Assembly: GCA_951406725.2 (NCBI GenBank)
Contig: OX597828.1
Span: 66,836,001 to 66,900,000 of the forward strand
Direction: 5' to 3'
DNA length: 64,000 nucleotides
Origin: Octopus vulgaris
Lineage: Eukaryota
This document shows positions 1-13,416 of the stretch, piece after piece. Position numbers and translations under genes: made by a program. Under the pieces are notes generated by a model. The model had not been told where the DNA came from and made no database searches. It saw only the letters and a program-made list of their open reading frames with translations. Within the stretch, counting starts at the first letter, position 1. Every line of letters starts with the position of its first letter.

Positions 1-505
1 TTCCACCAAACCTTAGTCCTAATTTATGTTCCCAACACTAGCTTAATGATGACTAAGTTATTTTACTAAATCCTTTGTTATATTTTAAATAATTGAAAGA
101 GACACAGAGCATCCCAAAATAAATATGATAACGAAAGAGTTAAGCACCAAATTTATCTGAACTGTTCTGAAAAACAGGTAAATTTCAAAATATCTTTACT
201 TAGATCACAAAAGCTAAGTTTAAAGAGATTTATAGTGAATATATATAACAATTAACAAGAAAATAACAATTAGTGCTCAGGAACAAAAAAAAAAAAGAAG
301 TAAGCTTTTAGTTAGAGACTATGATTTTGTGTCGATAAAAGATCAGTGGAATGAGCCTGGGACTTGAGAGGATTTCCCCGGAAGGGCTGTTATCAAAATG
401 TTGATAATTTCTGATTTGTCCGTCTGTCAGTTACAATGAGTTATAATAATAAATGAGGCATTACCTTTTTTAAAATTTATTTACCTTTTTTATTTGCATT
501 TTCAG

Positions 506-580
506 GTGTGCTGTTGATATTCAGTATTTGGATCTTGGACTTAATTTGTATGAAGAATATCCACATCTGTTGAAGTATAA
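506..580 (+). CDS. NBAS: NBAS exon (window exon 1): CAVDIQYLDLGLNLYEEYPHLLKY
   Basis: ttttcag acceptor, aa|gtaagt donor; phase matches next exon. Confidence 0.85.
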
Positions 581-651
581 GTAAGTAAACTCAAATCTGA
601 AACAAGATCACTTGTCTATGAATTAGAAATAATGGATTTTATTGAAGATAT

Positions 652-995
652 GGAGGTGCAAGGCTCAGTGGTTAGAGTGTCAGGCTTACAATCATGAGGT
701 AGTGAGTTCGATTCCTGGACAGGGCTGTGTGTGTATGCTTTTGAGCAATACACTTTATTTCACGTTGCTCCTGATCACTCAGCTGTAGAAATGAGTTGAC
801 GTCACTGGTGCCAAGCTGTATCAGCCCCTTTGCCTTTCCCTTGGATAACGTCAGTGGTTTGGAGAGGTGGAGGCTAGTTTGCATGGGCAACTGCTGATCT
901 TCCATAAACAACCTTGCCTGAACTTGTTCCTAGGAGGGCAGCTTTCTAGGTGCCATTTTACGGTCATTCACAACCGAAGGGGGTCTTTACCCTTA
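652..995 (+). mobile_element. tRNA-derived SINE family D. Copies: 10194-10503(-), 13749-14091(-), 41879-42229(+), 42413-42730(+)
   Basis: A-box ggctcagtgg, B-box gagttcgattcc, ttgagcaagacacttt core, (TTTACC)-like tail. Confidence 0.83.
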
Positions 996-1039
996 TGAAT
1001 GTAACAGCTAATCTGTCTATTTTCTTTAATTTGAGGGGT

Positions 1040-1790
1040 TGCAGTGGCAAACATTCAACAAAATCTGCAAAATCTGGATTTTGCTGATGATACATTTATT
1101 CTTGCTGAGACTCTCTTAAGGAGTACTCTCCTTTCACTGAGTGACCCAGCAGAACCACTTGGCCTTAGAGTCTTTTGGATCAAGACAAAGATCCAGTCTT
1201 TCATTGACTTCTTGAAGGACTCCACCTCATCAGTCTAGTGTGGTTCAAAGAGATGTCAAAATTGTTGACTGCTTCACTTATCTCAGTGAAAAGACTTGGA
1301 CAAGATGGTGCTATTGATATCTGTGCTGGAGGACAAAGGTTCGGGTCTTTAGCTTTCTGGTCCTCCATATCCTGCTCTATAGCTGTGAGATTTGGACACT
1401 GTCTGAGGCCCTTAGGGAGCTGCCGGAACTCCTTTGGTAACAGGATGCTTTGCAGGATTATTGGTTACCATTGGTTGGATTTCGTATCCACTGAATGACT
1501 TTGCTTAGAAACTTTGAAATATCCTGTTACTTGTATGATTTGAGTGCTCCAGCTTGGACTGTTTGGCCATGTTGCTCAGTTTTCTGAGTCAGACCCCGCT
1601 TTCTGTGTTCTCTTCACTGAGGACTTGACTGGGCTGATGACTTGTGTTGGTTGACTACATGCCACATGGTCCATCACGGCAGATGAGGAGGTATCTTGGA
1701 GATACAGACTGACAGGGATTCTTCTCATGTGGCTGGACCCGGGGAATATACCTGCTGAAAAGAGCTGACAATTACCTGCCAACAACAATA
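1040..1790 (+). mobile_element. Decayed RTE-clade LINE, RT and 3' region
   Basis: LDFADD, GLRVFWIKTKIQ, LLYSCEIWTL, RMLCRIIGYHWLDFVS across frameshifts. Confidence 0.78.
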
Positions 1791-1898
1791 GCATTCATAA
1801 CCACTCAGTTTCTTGACATGTAATAAATTTATAAGCTGCTTGTTCTTCTGTCAGATGAATTATTCTTTATTGACCCTATTTTTCTGTCTGTTGTATAG

Positions 1899-2028
1899 AG
1901 GCTTATCTCACCGTGAATCGGTGCTGACACAGTGGTATGTGGAGAGGGCTTGTGAGATTGAATTAGAATCTCGGATGGTCGATAACTCTGTGGAACTCAT
2001 TAAAATTGGAATTGAACGAGGTGTTCCA
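1899..2028 (+). CDS. NBAS: NBAS exon 2: GLSHRESVLTQWYVERACEIELESRMVDNSVELIKIGIERGVP
   Basis: tatag acceptor, cca|gtaagt donor; Sec39-region motif WY..RA.EIE. Confidence 0.93.
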
Positions 2029-2622
2029 GTAAGTGAATTATTGTGTATCTTTTTCATTTTTTATCTTTTACTTGTTTCAGTCATTAGACTTCAGCCAGGC
2101 TGGGGCACCACTTCGAAGGATTTTTAGTCAAATGAATTGATCCTGCTACTTTTTTTTTTTCTGTTAAGCCTGATACTTATTCTATCAGCCTCTTTTGTTG
2201 AACTGCTAAGTTACAGGAACATAAACGCACCAGCACCATTTGTCAAGCAGTAGTGGAGGACACACACACACACACATTCACGCACACACACACACACGTG
2301 ATAGGCTTCTTTCAGTTTCCGTCTACCAAATCCACTCACAAGGCTTTTGGTTGCCTCAAGGCTATAGTAGAGGACACTTGCCAAAGGTGGCCTACAGTGG
2401 GACTGAACCCGGAACCATGTGGTTGAGAAGGAAGCATTTTACCATACAGTCACGCCTGTGCTTTTTTGGGGGGATGGGGGAAGGAAAGAAAAATCCATGA
2501 ATTTCAGACAATTTTACATATCCAATTTTTCAGTTGGTTGGAGAATTCACAAAATTTGAATATTTGTCTGAAATTATTTGTCTTTGTTAATTTGTTTCTT
2601 TATATTTTGATTTCTTTTTCAG

Positions 2623-2757
2623 GGTTTGGAAGATCTGCTCAATGATTTACTCACTATGGACTGCCTAGTTTATGACTGCCATATTGATTGCGGATTATCT
2701 TTCCAGCAATTACAAAACATGTCAAATATTCAAAAGGCACATCTCCTCATGAGCAAG
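2623..2757 (+). CDS. NBAS: NBAS exon 3: GLEDLLNDLLTMDCLVYDCH...HLLMSK
   Basis: tttttcag acceptor, aag|gttagt donor. Confidence 0.93.
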
Positions 2758-4143
2758 GTTAGTATTTCATACTATTACTCCATGTTGTTTTCTGTCACCC
2801 TTCAATGTGGTTGAACAATCAATCCCAATGAGTCAGAATTCACAGTATAGAGTGGACTGTCCATTCTATCAGTCGCTGTGAATACAAACTTTGGCTCATG
2901 AGACCTCTATTTAGGTGATTTTCCTGAGTCACCACCTCACTTTTGTATGCCAGTCTGTCACAGCTGAGTGTACTGGAGCAATGTGAAATGAAGTGTTTTG
3001 CTCAAAAATATAACCAATCTGGGGATTGAAACCATGATCTCATGACCCTGAGTACACCGCCCTTACAACTGGGCCATACTGTTCATATACCATATTACAT
3101 ACACTTCCCATACTCCATGTATGGAATATGAATGGGAGTATGTGATAGCATATTTAAAGTATTTTCTGATTATAGTTTTTTGTACCAAGATCAGTTCTGC
3201 AAATTCAGACATTTATTTGAATTACTGAAGAGATTTCATTTAATTGTGTCGCCATTTTCATAATTTGAACTGTTCAATCATAAAGTAGGAATGGTAATTT
3301 ACAGCAATATCCGTTTCTTTGATTTCATTGAGTTTATTTTGAAATGAAAGAAACATCACAGTGAGAGTGAGCATAAGCAAGGAGATATGATAAAAGTAAA
3401 TAAGTTATTTTTCTGTCATCATCATCATCATTGTTTAACGTCCGTTTTCCATGCTAGCATGGGTTGGACAATTTTGACTGAGGGCTGGCGAGCCAGATGG
3501 CCGCACCAGGCTCCAATCTTGATCTGGCAGAGTTTCTACAGCTGGATGCCCTTCCTAACGCCAACTGCTCCGAGAGTGTAGTGGCTGCTTTTTACATACT
3601 ACGGCACGGGGGGCCAGTCAGGTGGTACTGACAACGACCTTGCTCGAATCTTTTTACCCATGCCACCGGCACAGGTGCCAGTAAGGCGACGTTGGTAACG
3701 ATCACGCTCGAATGGTGCCCTTTTATGTGCCATGGCACGGGGGCCAGTCAGGCGGTACTGGCAATGACCTTGCTCAAATCTTTTTACACATTTGAGTGTA
3801 ATAGTAATATTCATAGTGTCAAACAAAATACCTTTGTATTCTAAGTTCAAATGCACCAGGTCCACTTTGTCTTTTATCCTTTCTAAGTATATAAAGTACC
3901 AGCCAAAGTATTGGGGGTTGATGGAATTGATTATACACTTAAATGCAGTATGCTCCAGCATGGCCACAGTCCTATGATTGGAATCAGTAAAAGACTAAAA
4001 GAATATACACATTCAACTGCAGAATCCTGGTTCCAGTAGAGAACCACATAAAAATATAAATGTCCTGAAAGTTGTGTAAAATATTTGAAAATATCCCTTT
4101 TCTTTTGTTTCTGCCGTTTCTATTGCATTCTCTCTTGTTGCAG

Positions 4144-4317
4144 TCTTCTGTTGAGAAATACATAAAAAACATCTACAGCTGGTTGATTCCTTTTCTGAAG
4201 AGATGTGAAAAAAACGACCCTCATGCCTATATGAACTTATTGAAACAATATTTAATGGACGTTGCAAAAGAGGATATAACCTTGCCTCTCAAGGTATTTG
4301 AAGCATCAAAATCGAAT
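4144..4317 (+). CDS. NBAS: NBAS exon 4: SSVEKYIKNIYSWLIPFLKRCEK...LPLKVFEASKSN
   Basis: ttgcag acceptor, aat|gtaagt donor; W.PFL.RCEK motif. Confidence 0.93.
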
Positions 4318-5068
4318 GTAAGTAGATTTTTCACTTATCAAATTGCAGAATGGACATGAGTTTTCAAGTGCAAATGAATATTCATTCATTCAGTAGGATT
4401 TCATCTTTAGTATCATCATCATCATTTACCATCCATGTTCCATGGCAGCACGATTAGGACAGTCAGGTAGCATTCAGTGCAATCCAATGACTGCACCATG
4501 CTTTAGTGCCTGCTCCAGCATGGTTTCTATGGATGGACGACGCCCTTCCAAATGCCAATCACTTTACAGCATGTGCTGGGTGCTTTTTCTATTTTAGTGC
4601 TTCTAGCAACAACGTGACTTGAGGTTGGTCTTGAGATTAGCTTGACAGGCTCCTGTGCCGGTGGCACGTAAAAAGCACCAACCAATCGGTGGCACGTAAA
4701 AAGCACCAACCAATTGGTGGCACGTAAAAAGCACCAACCAATTCCTATATATATATATATATATTATTTCATTTTAATCTTATCTTTACAGTAGGAGTAA
4801 TGATAAGAGAGGGAAAGAGTATGTGAGAGAAAAAGAGACTGAACACTGAACCAACATACTGAACATAATTCTTTTACACACACGTTTAGCCTTTTTGTGA
4901 TGGTCATGGAGTGATACTAATAGTATGAGGTGTAGTTGTGATAGAGGTGGTGGTAGCTGAGGTGGTCAGGGATGACGATGAGAGTAAGTGATGTGAAAGA
5001 CAGTGTTGGTGGTGGGGAAGGCAGTGAAGTCAGAGGTATTGATGGTGATGGCGTCAGAAGTCTGAATG

Positions 5069-5125
<57 letters not shown>

Positions 5126-5352
5126 AATTAGGGTATCTATGAGATACCACCATGCTGAAAATAGCAGCCATAATCTGACTCTAAAACCACCTTAATTGTC
5201 CATATTGCAAACACGGAGAGAAAACAAAGAGACAAGATGAAGCTAGTAAAAAATTACTGGATAATTCTAGATCCCGGATTTCTGACTTTGCATTTAGGAA
5301 TGCTTTGCCTCGTCAGTAGAATACACACAGAAGAGAAACATAAATACATATA

Positions 5353-5762
5353 GGCGCAGGAGTGGCTGTGTGGTAAGTAGCTTGTTTACCAACCACACGG
5401 TTCCGGGTTCAGTCCCACTGCGTGGCACCTTGGGCAAGTGTCTTCTACTATAACCTCGGGCTGACCAAAGCCTTGTGAGTGGATTTGGTAGACGGAAACT
5501 GAAAGAAGCCCGTCGTATATATGTATATATATATGCGTGTGTGTGTTTGTGTGTCTGTGTTTGTCCCCCTAGCATTGCTTGACAACCGATGCTGGTGTGT
5601 TTATGTCCCCGTTACTTAGCGGTTCGGCAAAAGAGACTGATAGAATAAGTACTGGGCTTACAAAAGAATAAGTCCCGGGGTCGAGTTGCTCGATTAAAGG
5701 TGGTGCTCCAGCATGGCCGCGGTCATATGACTGAAACAAGTAGTAAAAGAGAGTAAAGAGTA
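5353..5762 (+). mobile_element. tRNA-derived SINE family A, full length. Other copies: 56922-57341(-), about 2065-2458(-), 11510-11849(-), 27790-28145(-), 45537-45795(-), 53818-53969(-); partial 7117-7272, 23990-24130, 40310-40410, 40575-40730, 41548-41685
   Basis: A-box tggctgtgtgg, B-box ggttcagtccc, ccttgggcaag core, internal (TA)/(TG) microsatellite, (AAAGAGT)n tail. Confidence 0.85.
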
Positions 5763-6147
5763 TCTCTCTCTATATAAACGGCAGTTTGTCTGTGCGTGTT
5801 TCTGTGTGTCTGTTTGCTTGTACCCTCACCCTGACCACGGCTTTCAACCGATTCTGATGAAACTTGACACACACATAGCCCAATGTCATCATTCAAAACT
5901 AACGCAGCGAAAATTTTGAAAAGTTCCCCCAGTTCTGAAAAAAATAGATAAATTCGACATGGGGTCGAGAATCAGAAACACAAACCGCAAACTGTCTAGG
6001 GGACGCAACTCCACCTTTTTTTACTCTCAAAAAAAATTTACCATAATTTTTTTCCATTTTTTTTGCTATTTTTTGGCTATAACTCTCTTAAAATGCTTTA
6101 TAGTTATTTCCCTTACAAACCTGAGCAACGCCGGGCGATACTGCTAG
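5763..6147 (+). mobile_element. Non-autonomous Helitron
   Basis: a|TCTCTCTCTATATAAACGGCA 5' end, subterminal GC hairpin (cctgagcaacgccggg), CTAG|t 3' end, no TSD. Confidence 0.8.
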
Positions 6148-6500
6148 TATATATATAAATACAACATACGAATACTTACATATACGAACGTATACCCACA
6201 TATATATGCACGTGTGCATCATGGCCAGTTCAAAATGCCTGTCGCTTAATTCCGTGGTGGTATCTCGTAGAATCCCTAATTTATAATTTTATTAATTATT
6301 ACCTTTGAAGGTTATTTTTTCCATGCTGACCACTTAATAATATCGTTATTGTATTTTTAAATTAACTATCTTATTCTTATTTATATAAATATATATGATG
6401 ATGATGATGATGATATACACACACACACACACATACATACAGACATACGCACACACATACAGACATACATATTTTTATGTATGCTATTTTCCTGTTACAG

Positions 6501-6574
6501 TTGTCATCTCAAATTATTAGCAACCCTGCAGATAAGATACAAATGGCTGTGGATGTACTTTACATTTGTGAACG
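6501..6574 (+). CDS. NBAS: NBAS exon 5: LSSQIISNPADKIQMAVDVLYICER
   Basis: ttacag acceptor, cg|gtaaat donor; Y.CER motif. Confidence 0.9.
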
Positions 6575-6883
6575 GTAAATAATATAATTGATTTATTATA
6601 TTAGCTTTGAATTTATTTATTTTTTATTAAATATTTTTTCTTGATAATTTATAAAATATCTATTTTAAGTTTTTAACATTTAAGCTAACTCAATCTATTC
6701 AATAAAAAAAAAAAATGTTCACCTTAATGATTGTGTAATTTTCTTCAAACTAACCGTGTCAGTCCTTAATTAAATGTTTAAAACAAATTCTTAAGAGTTT
6801 AAAACAGCTCATTCTTAATGCACTAATTCAACCTCATTTTGTGTAGCATTCTACTTTCAAATCTGTTTTTCTCCTATTTTCAG

Positions 6884-6943
6884 TGATGACCAACTCAACA
6901 AAGCAGAAAGTATTATCAAATGTCTTCCAAATAAAATTCAGGG
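6884..6943 (+). CDS. NBAS: NBAS exon 6: DDQLNKAESIIKCLPNKIQG
   Basis: ttttcag acceptor, gg|gtgagt donor; DQL...CLP motif. Confidence 0.9.
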
Positions 6944-7284
6944 GTGAGTTAATCCATCATTTCTGACTGAGAGTTCTTGTAATTCTTTAATATGTTATTT
7001 TCTTTTAGTATTTTGTACAAGCAGAAGGACCTTAACCTTATTTGTGTATATAAATGTTTGTGTGGATCGGATGGGAAAGATAGTGAACCCCATTGATAAT
7101 AGTTTCTTTAATATAAGCATTGGCAAGGCTTTGCAGTAACAAGCTTGCTTCCCAACCACATGGTTCCAGGTTCAGTCCCACTGCATGGCATCTTGGGTAG
7201 GTGTCTTCTACTATAACCTTAGGCCACCAAAGCTTTGTGAATTGGATAGATGGAAACTGAAAGAAGCCTGTCATATATATAATT

Positions 7285-7710
7285 GGAAAGAAAGTACAGA
7301 TGATGGAAATAAGAGTCCTGCGTGGAGAAGGCTGCAGTTAGCAAATTCAGAGATTGTTGCCGAGGTGATAGAAAATGGTTCTGCTGAAGAATAGTGCTTA
7401 AAGTGTGATGGTAGTTGAAACTTTCTCAGTCAGTTGGATTGCCTTCTTTTGGATGTAGACCTCTACCATCCCAGATGTGTAAGCAGTGGCTCAGTATTGG
7501 TCAGATAGGAATGTCTGATCCAAGAAATGAGAGCTGGATGAATGCTGTAAGCAGGAAACTTAGCCAAACTGTTCTTATACTAGACATGGTTGTGGGGCTT
7601 TGTTGATATCAAGTACACCACATTGCTTTCATTGAAGCTACCAAGAATGAAAGACTACTGATGAGTGACAGAAAAGAGCAAGTCTCTGGTAGATCTAACT
7701 GTAGTCTTGG
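7285..7710 (-). mobile_element. Decayed LINE 3' fragment (CR1/L2/Jockey-like)
   Basis: degenerate minus-strand YKA...PCL and ...LFPSS.LSF motifs. Confidence 0.4.
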
Positions 7711-8213
7711 AAAATATAGATTTTATATTGAAGTTTGATGTTCTTCATTTTCAGTTTCATTTTTTTTGGAGTTAGATATAAAAATATCTACTAATATTTT
7801 GGTAAATTTTAAATAGATTAAACTAAAATGTAGTTAATTAGTATGTCTATATTGTAGGATTTCATATCTTTCATATGATGATTTGAAAAATTTTGTTAGC
7901 TGAGATTATCTGTGTTGTTAGCAGATGGGAGTTTCGAGCTGCTAATTGCATAGATAACCTGAAATAATAATAAAAAAATTTGAACTCCCTATATTACACA
8001 TGTGTCATTAGTATGCAGGACATTTCTTTGATGTATTTTCTCTGTCATGTTATGGATGTTTAGAGTAATTAGTTACTTTATTTTCTCATGAGCTAAAAAT
8101 ATATTTCTCTCCATTTCTACAAATACATTTCCCTATTTCATTACCTTATTGATTTAGTATATACAGTTCTTTCTTATTTTTTAATATCAATTTGATATGT
8201 TTTTGTGTTATAG

Positions 8214-8273
8214 ACCAGGATCTTACATACAAGATCTCCACAAACAGAAAGAACGTTTGGAAAGCCACATATG
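8214..8273 (+). CDS. NBAS: NBAS exon 7: PGSYIQDLHKQKERLESHI
   Basis: ttatag acceptor, tg|gtaagt donor; phase 2-2. Confidence 0.88.
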
Positions 8274-9289
8274 GTAAGTACTTTGTAAACGACTTGTTGG
8301 CAAGGTTCCGTTTATGAACTGATTTTATCTGTTTTATTGATTAAACAATATTATTAAGCTATAACCATTACTGTATTTGTTTCCTTAAATACAGTAATAT
8401 GTGTATTTAAATGTAAAGCATCTCTTGTGACAATTCATCTTCAAAGTTACAGTATTGTCAAAAAAAATTTGTTTTTAATTGAAGATTTTGGCTCTTCTGT
8501 ATTCAAACGTTTTGGAAATCATTTGTCTGCTGCTACAAATGTTACATTCTGCCAAGATCTCACTGGAATGTATCCTGCATTCATCTCAGTTGCCTTGTAC
8601 TCCCAGACTCATTGGAACAAAGCTTAGCTGTTATGTAGTTCCATCCATAAAAAAATCACTGGAAAAGTTTTGATAGAGAAAGAGAGTGTAAACTGTACAC
8701 ATTTGCCTGTTATTGAAGGAACTGGAAGGAGATTTTGATATCAAGAGAAATTGACTCTTGAATTCCCCTTTAATGGATTTAAAAGGTCACCTGTGCTTGT
8801 ACATGTAAAAGACACCCAGTACACTCTGTAAAGTGGTTAGCATTAGGAAGGGCATTCAGCCATAGAAACCAAGCTGAAACAGATGACCGGAGCCTGTTGC
8901 AGCTCTCAAGCTTATCAGCTCCAGTCAATCTGTCTAACCCATGCCAGCATGGAAAACGGATGTTAAATGATGATGAATTTGTTATTAATTGATGTCTGTA
9001 TCACAAATCTTCCAAATAATGAGGTGTTTCGGAATTTGGCAATTGTTGCCTGTGAAATAAAAACAAATTTTGAATGTCTGAAAATAAGGTTAGCACAGTT
9101 CGCAGAAAATTTCTGATAAGAGATATGCACCTTGTGTTATATCCAGAGATGAATTATGATATCAAAAATGTACATTTTTGCTTGTTTATCACATGCTTTT
9201 TTTTTCATTTGTTTTAAAAATAGATTCGTATTGTGAATGTATCGAATATAACTATACTTTTATTTGTTTGTGTACTATACAAATTTTAG

Positions 9290-9353
9290 GGCTGCCAAAA
9301 TTTTTGAAGAGAATGGCTTAAAACAAACCATTTATTCCATTAAGTTGTCACAG
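9290..9353 (+). CDS. NBAS: NBAS exon 8: AAKIFEENGLKQTIYSIKLSQ
   Basis: ttttag acceptor, cag|gtaaat donor. Confidence 0.9.
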
Positions 9354-10836
9354 GTAAATAACCTTAATTTTATATTTTGTAACAATCCAATTATGTTTAT
9401 CCATATAACCACAGACTTGCATTCATGTGCTTATTTTACATTGTGATTTTCACAACCTTTCTAGTTTTGTTTTTACCTGCTGATATTGCTGAACTTCGAT
9501 GTATCTCTCATAGCTAATTACCTAGGGTGGGACCTATTGCTCACGAATAACTTTCTTGTGGCAAAGATAAGAAATATCTAGTATTCAATCTGTGTGTATA
9601 CATATGCCGGGTCACTTGAGGAGTGCTACTAGTAACACATAATTCATTGGGTTATTCGTGGCTAAACTGGCATCTCCACTGGACTAGTTTTACTAGAAAC
9701 CTGGCTGGACTTAAAAAATACTTGTCAAAAGGATGGGTGAGCCTAATGCAGGGTTGAGGACTGTCGAGCAATAGTTCAGGGATTTAGAAATTCCATTGCT
9801 ATAAGACCACTAGGCGTCAGGCTTTGTTTATTTTTTATTAAAGTATACCTTTGGGGAGAAGGTTATTCTTATATAAAAAAAAAAGCCTATAACATTATTG
9901 AGATATATTGCTTTGATTTTTCTCTTAACTATTTGGTTTTGACAATGAGCTGTTGCAGTGTTGTGCAAGCAGTTCTTCAATTTTGCATGGTATGCTGTTG
10001 TTTTGTGGATTTAGAGTGGCTATATGTACATCTGGTATGTGGTTGCACAATTGACTTAGAACTACAATGCAAAGAAAATCTGATCAAACTATAGTTGTGA
10101 TTTCTTGCAAGAGATTGGAATAGTGTTAAGACAATGCAATATGGTGAAGAGAAACAGAACATAATAATGAAGGTAAGTGTTAGCAAATAATTAGGTAAAG
10201 GTAAAGACCTCCTTCAGTCATGAATGACCATGGGATTGCACCTAGAATGTTACTCTCCGAGGCACAAATCCGGGCAAGGTTGTTTATGGAAGACCAGCAG
10301 TTGCCCATGGATACCAGTCTCCCCTCTCCAACAGCCGATGTTATCCAAGGGAAAGGCAAAGGCCGATACAGCTTGGCACCAGTGATGATGTTGCAATTCA
10401 TGTCTGTAGCTGAGTGAACTGGAACATCCTGAAATAAAGTGTCTTGTTCAAGAACACAACACATAGCCTGGTTTGGGAATCCAACTCACTACCTTGTGAT
10501 TGTGCCATTATATGGTAGTAAAACATTTAATGGAGATGTGGATTTATGACTTTATAGATGCCTGGTAAGGCGGCGAGCTGGCAGAAACGTTAGCACACCG
10601 GGCAAAGTGCTTAGCAGTATTTCATCTGTCTTTACGTTCTGAGTTCAAATTCCGCCAAGGTCGACTTCGCCTTTCATCCTTTCGGGGTCGATAAATTAAG
10701 TACCAGTTACGCACTGGGGTCGATAAAACATTTAATGGAGATGTGGATTTATGACTTTATAGATGCCTGGTAGAATGAGGGACTTGGAATAAATGCTAAC
10801 TGGAAGAAAATTGTTTGTCACACTATCTATTTGTAG

Positions 10837-10895
10837 GAATCGGAAACAGCAGCCAGAAATATGCTAGTAAAGCTCACACGAGCGGCCGGAAGAAG
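10837..10895 (+). CDS. NBAS: NBAS exon 9: ESETAARNMLVKLTRAAGR
   Basis: ttgtag acceptor, ag|gtaagt donor; AR.L.V.LTR..GR motif. Confidence 0.92.
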
Positions 10896-12269
10896 GTAAG
10901 TTTTACTGCCTATTACTTTAATATTGAAGGGATCTGTTTCAGAGTTTCATTAATTAACTAAACAAGTTGATCGTTTAAATATATCTCTTATAGTTACATA
11001 AATGAAAACTTTGAGTGGCTGAGTGTGAGGCAGTGTGTTAGACCACTTTCTAGTGGTTAGACCTGGTGGGTGGGCAGGCAGGCAAGGCACTATACTACAC
11101 TAAACTACACTATGGAGTGGCTGGTGCTAGAAAGGGCATCCAGCTATACAAGAACAGACAATGGTGCCTGGTGTAGCCCCTGGCCTTACCAGTTCCAGTC
11201 AAACCATCCAACCCATGTCAGCATCGAAGATGGATGGTAAATGACGATGATATAACAGGTTTTTTTCAGTTTCTGTCCACCAAATCCACTCTTTGGCTTT
11301 CTTTGGCCTAGGGCTATAGCAGAAGACTCTTGCCCAAGGTGCCACACAGTGGGACTGAATCGATAACCGGGTGGTTGGAAGCAAACTTCTTATCATACAA
11401 CCATGCCTGTGCCCATGGGTTGCAAAATATATTTCTTAACCTCACAGCTGTACCTGTTACCTGTGTAATATACTGGATACAATTAAGGTGATGAACTTTT
11501 TATTTTTTATTTACTTCATTCATTAGACTGCAGCCATGCTGGGGCACCATCTTGGAGAATTTTGGTTGAATTAATTGACCCCTAGTTCTTAAGAGCAAAC
11601 CATTAAGTTACGGGGACGTAAACACACCAACAGCAGTTGTCAGGCAGTTGTGTGGGACAAACAAACACACTAACACACACACATATATGATGAGCCTCTT
11701 TCAGTTTCCATCTACCAAATCCACTCATAAAGCTTTGTTTGGCCCGAAGCTATAGTAGACGACACTTGCCCCAGGTGCCACACCATGAGACTGAACCTGG
11801 AACCATGTGGTTGGGAAGCAAACTTCTTACTGCACAGCCACACTGCACCAATATCTATTGAGAAAATTTATTCAAAATTTGATCAAAGGCCTTCCATTTG
11901 TGACCATGTAGTCTTTTATTCAGACATAATGTATCTAGGTGAAATACACCTCGAGACATGTATAGTGTGATATTAGAGATATTTGGCTGCTGTTTCTAAC
12001 AGATCAAGTAACCATGGAGAAGCCCTCTTGTTGCGCTTACTTTAGAAGATAAGTAACTCTTTTCAAAAGCCTTTCCCATTTGAAATGGCTATTGCATTTA
12101 TATAGCAATCATTGAACCAGGAGGAAAATCCTATGGGGAATCTGTTCAGTCTGTAAATCTGTGGCTGTTTGTGATAAAATAATGGCAGATTAAAATCTTT
12201 TTTTTTTACTTTTCTTTTCTTTTTTTTTTTTGTAATTAATTAGGACTAATTAATGTGTTCATTTTCTAG

Positions 12270-12372
12270 GACTCCACGTTTAAACGAAAAGGGCTGGATT
12301 TCTTTACATGCCAATGTCATGCACTTACAAGAGAAGCTTTTCAACCAGATCAGCGTTGCTGAAACGTTGGAG
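12270..12372 (+). CDS. NBAS: NBAS exon 10: TPRLNEKGWISLHANVMHLQEKLFNQISVAETLE
   Basis: ttttctag acceptor, gag|gtagat donor. Confidence 0.9.
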
Positions 12373-12788
12373 GTAGATTTTCTTTACTTTCTTTTTTTTA
12401 TCAATTTCATTATTATAAATTTTGGTTTTAAGATTGAATAAAAAAAAAAGAAGCAAAACAAAGCAAAGACTTTGAAGAGAGCATGTGGTTATATTTGTAC
12501 TACTGTTAGTACTTGGGAATAAAAAAATATATAGAGGACATATCAGACTGGAGCCTGGTGCAGCCTCCTGGCTTCCCAGACCCCAGTCGAACTGTCCAAC
12601 CCGTGCTAGCATGGAAAACGGACGTTAAACGATGATGATGATGAAGAATTGAATGAGGGTTCAGAGTATATAAATGCACAATGTCACTTGGTAATACTAC
12701 ATATATCGTATAGATTCATGTTGTGTGTACCCCGTTTATTATAATGTTTATGAAAATGTTATATGAGGCACTTTTTATCTCTTGGCAG

Positions 12789-13003
12789 ATCTTTGTTGCA
12801 AGTCTATTATGCTCCAGCAATTTGGACACCATCCGTTTGGCTAAGAACTACATTGCAAGAAAACATGGTGATTCCAGATCATCACAAGGTGATGGCTTTA
12901 TAAAGGTACCATTTGAGAGAACTGTAAAGTTAGTCCTGTCAGCATCTCAGGAATACTTCAACTCGGCTTTAGACTTATCGCATTTTTCTATGGAAATGGC
13001 TCA
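12789..13003 (+). CDS. NBAS: NBAS exon 11: IFVASLLCSSNLDTIRLA...LVLSASQEYFNSALDLSHFSMEMA
   Basis: ggcag acceptor, ca|gtaagt donor; SLLCSS and LVL.AS.EYFNS motifs. Confidence 0.95.
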
Positions 13004-13416
13004 GTAAGTATGGACGTATTTTCTTCTGTTAAGATTATGTAAAAATACAATTTATTTTATATAATGAATAATTAATGCTGTTTAATTAGGTTCTTACTGT
13101 CCAGTGTATGTGGTTAGTTTTTATCTTTTACTCAGGCTACGATCATGCTGGTGCACTCAACTGCAGTACATGCCTTTCCTGTTGCCAACCCTCACCTGTT
13201 TGCAAGCACAGTAATATTTCACCATAGCCAGACATCTTCTCACAGAATATTTGAAATGAACAACTCTGCTAGTAGGACAGTGAGAATCATTTAAGGAACT
13301 ATCATGCAATGCCATGAGAAGGAAACACAAAGATACACGCATTCACATATACATACCTGTTTACATTCATGCATGTCTAATATACATACATATATATATA
13401 TATATATATACACACA

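Noticed and set aside
652-730. tRNA genes at SINE heads (also 5353, 16586, 41879)
   Set aside because: A/B boxes are present but no cloverleaf, and each continues into a multi-copy SINE body.
3387-3967. Short ORFs with poly-His or (HT)n and repeated WMPFLTP peptides throughout the ORF track
   Set aside because: Translations of SINE bodies and (CAT)n or (CA)n microsatellites; many use non-ATG starts.
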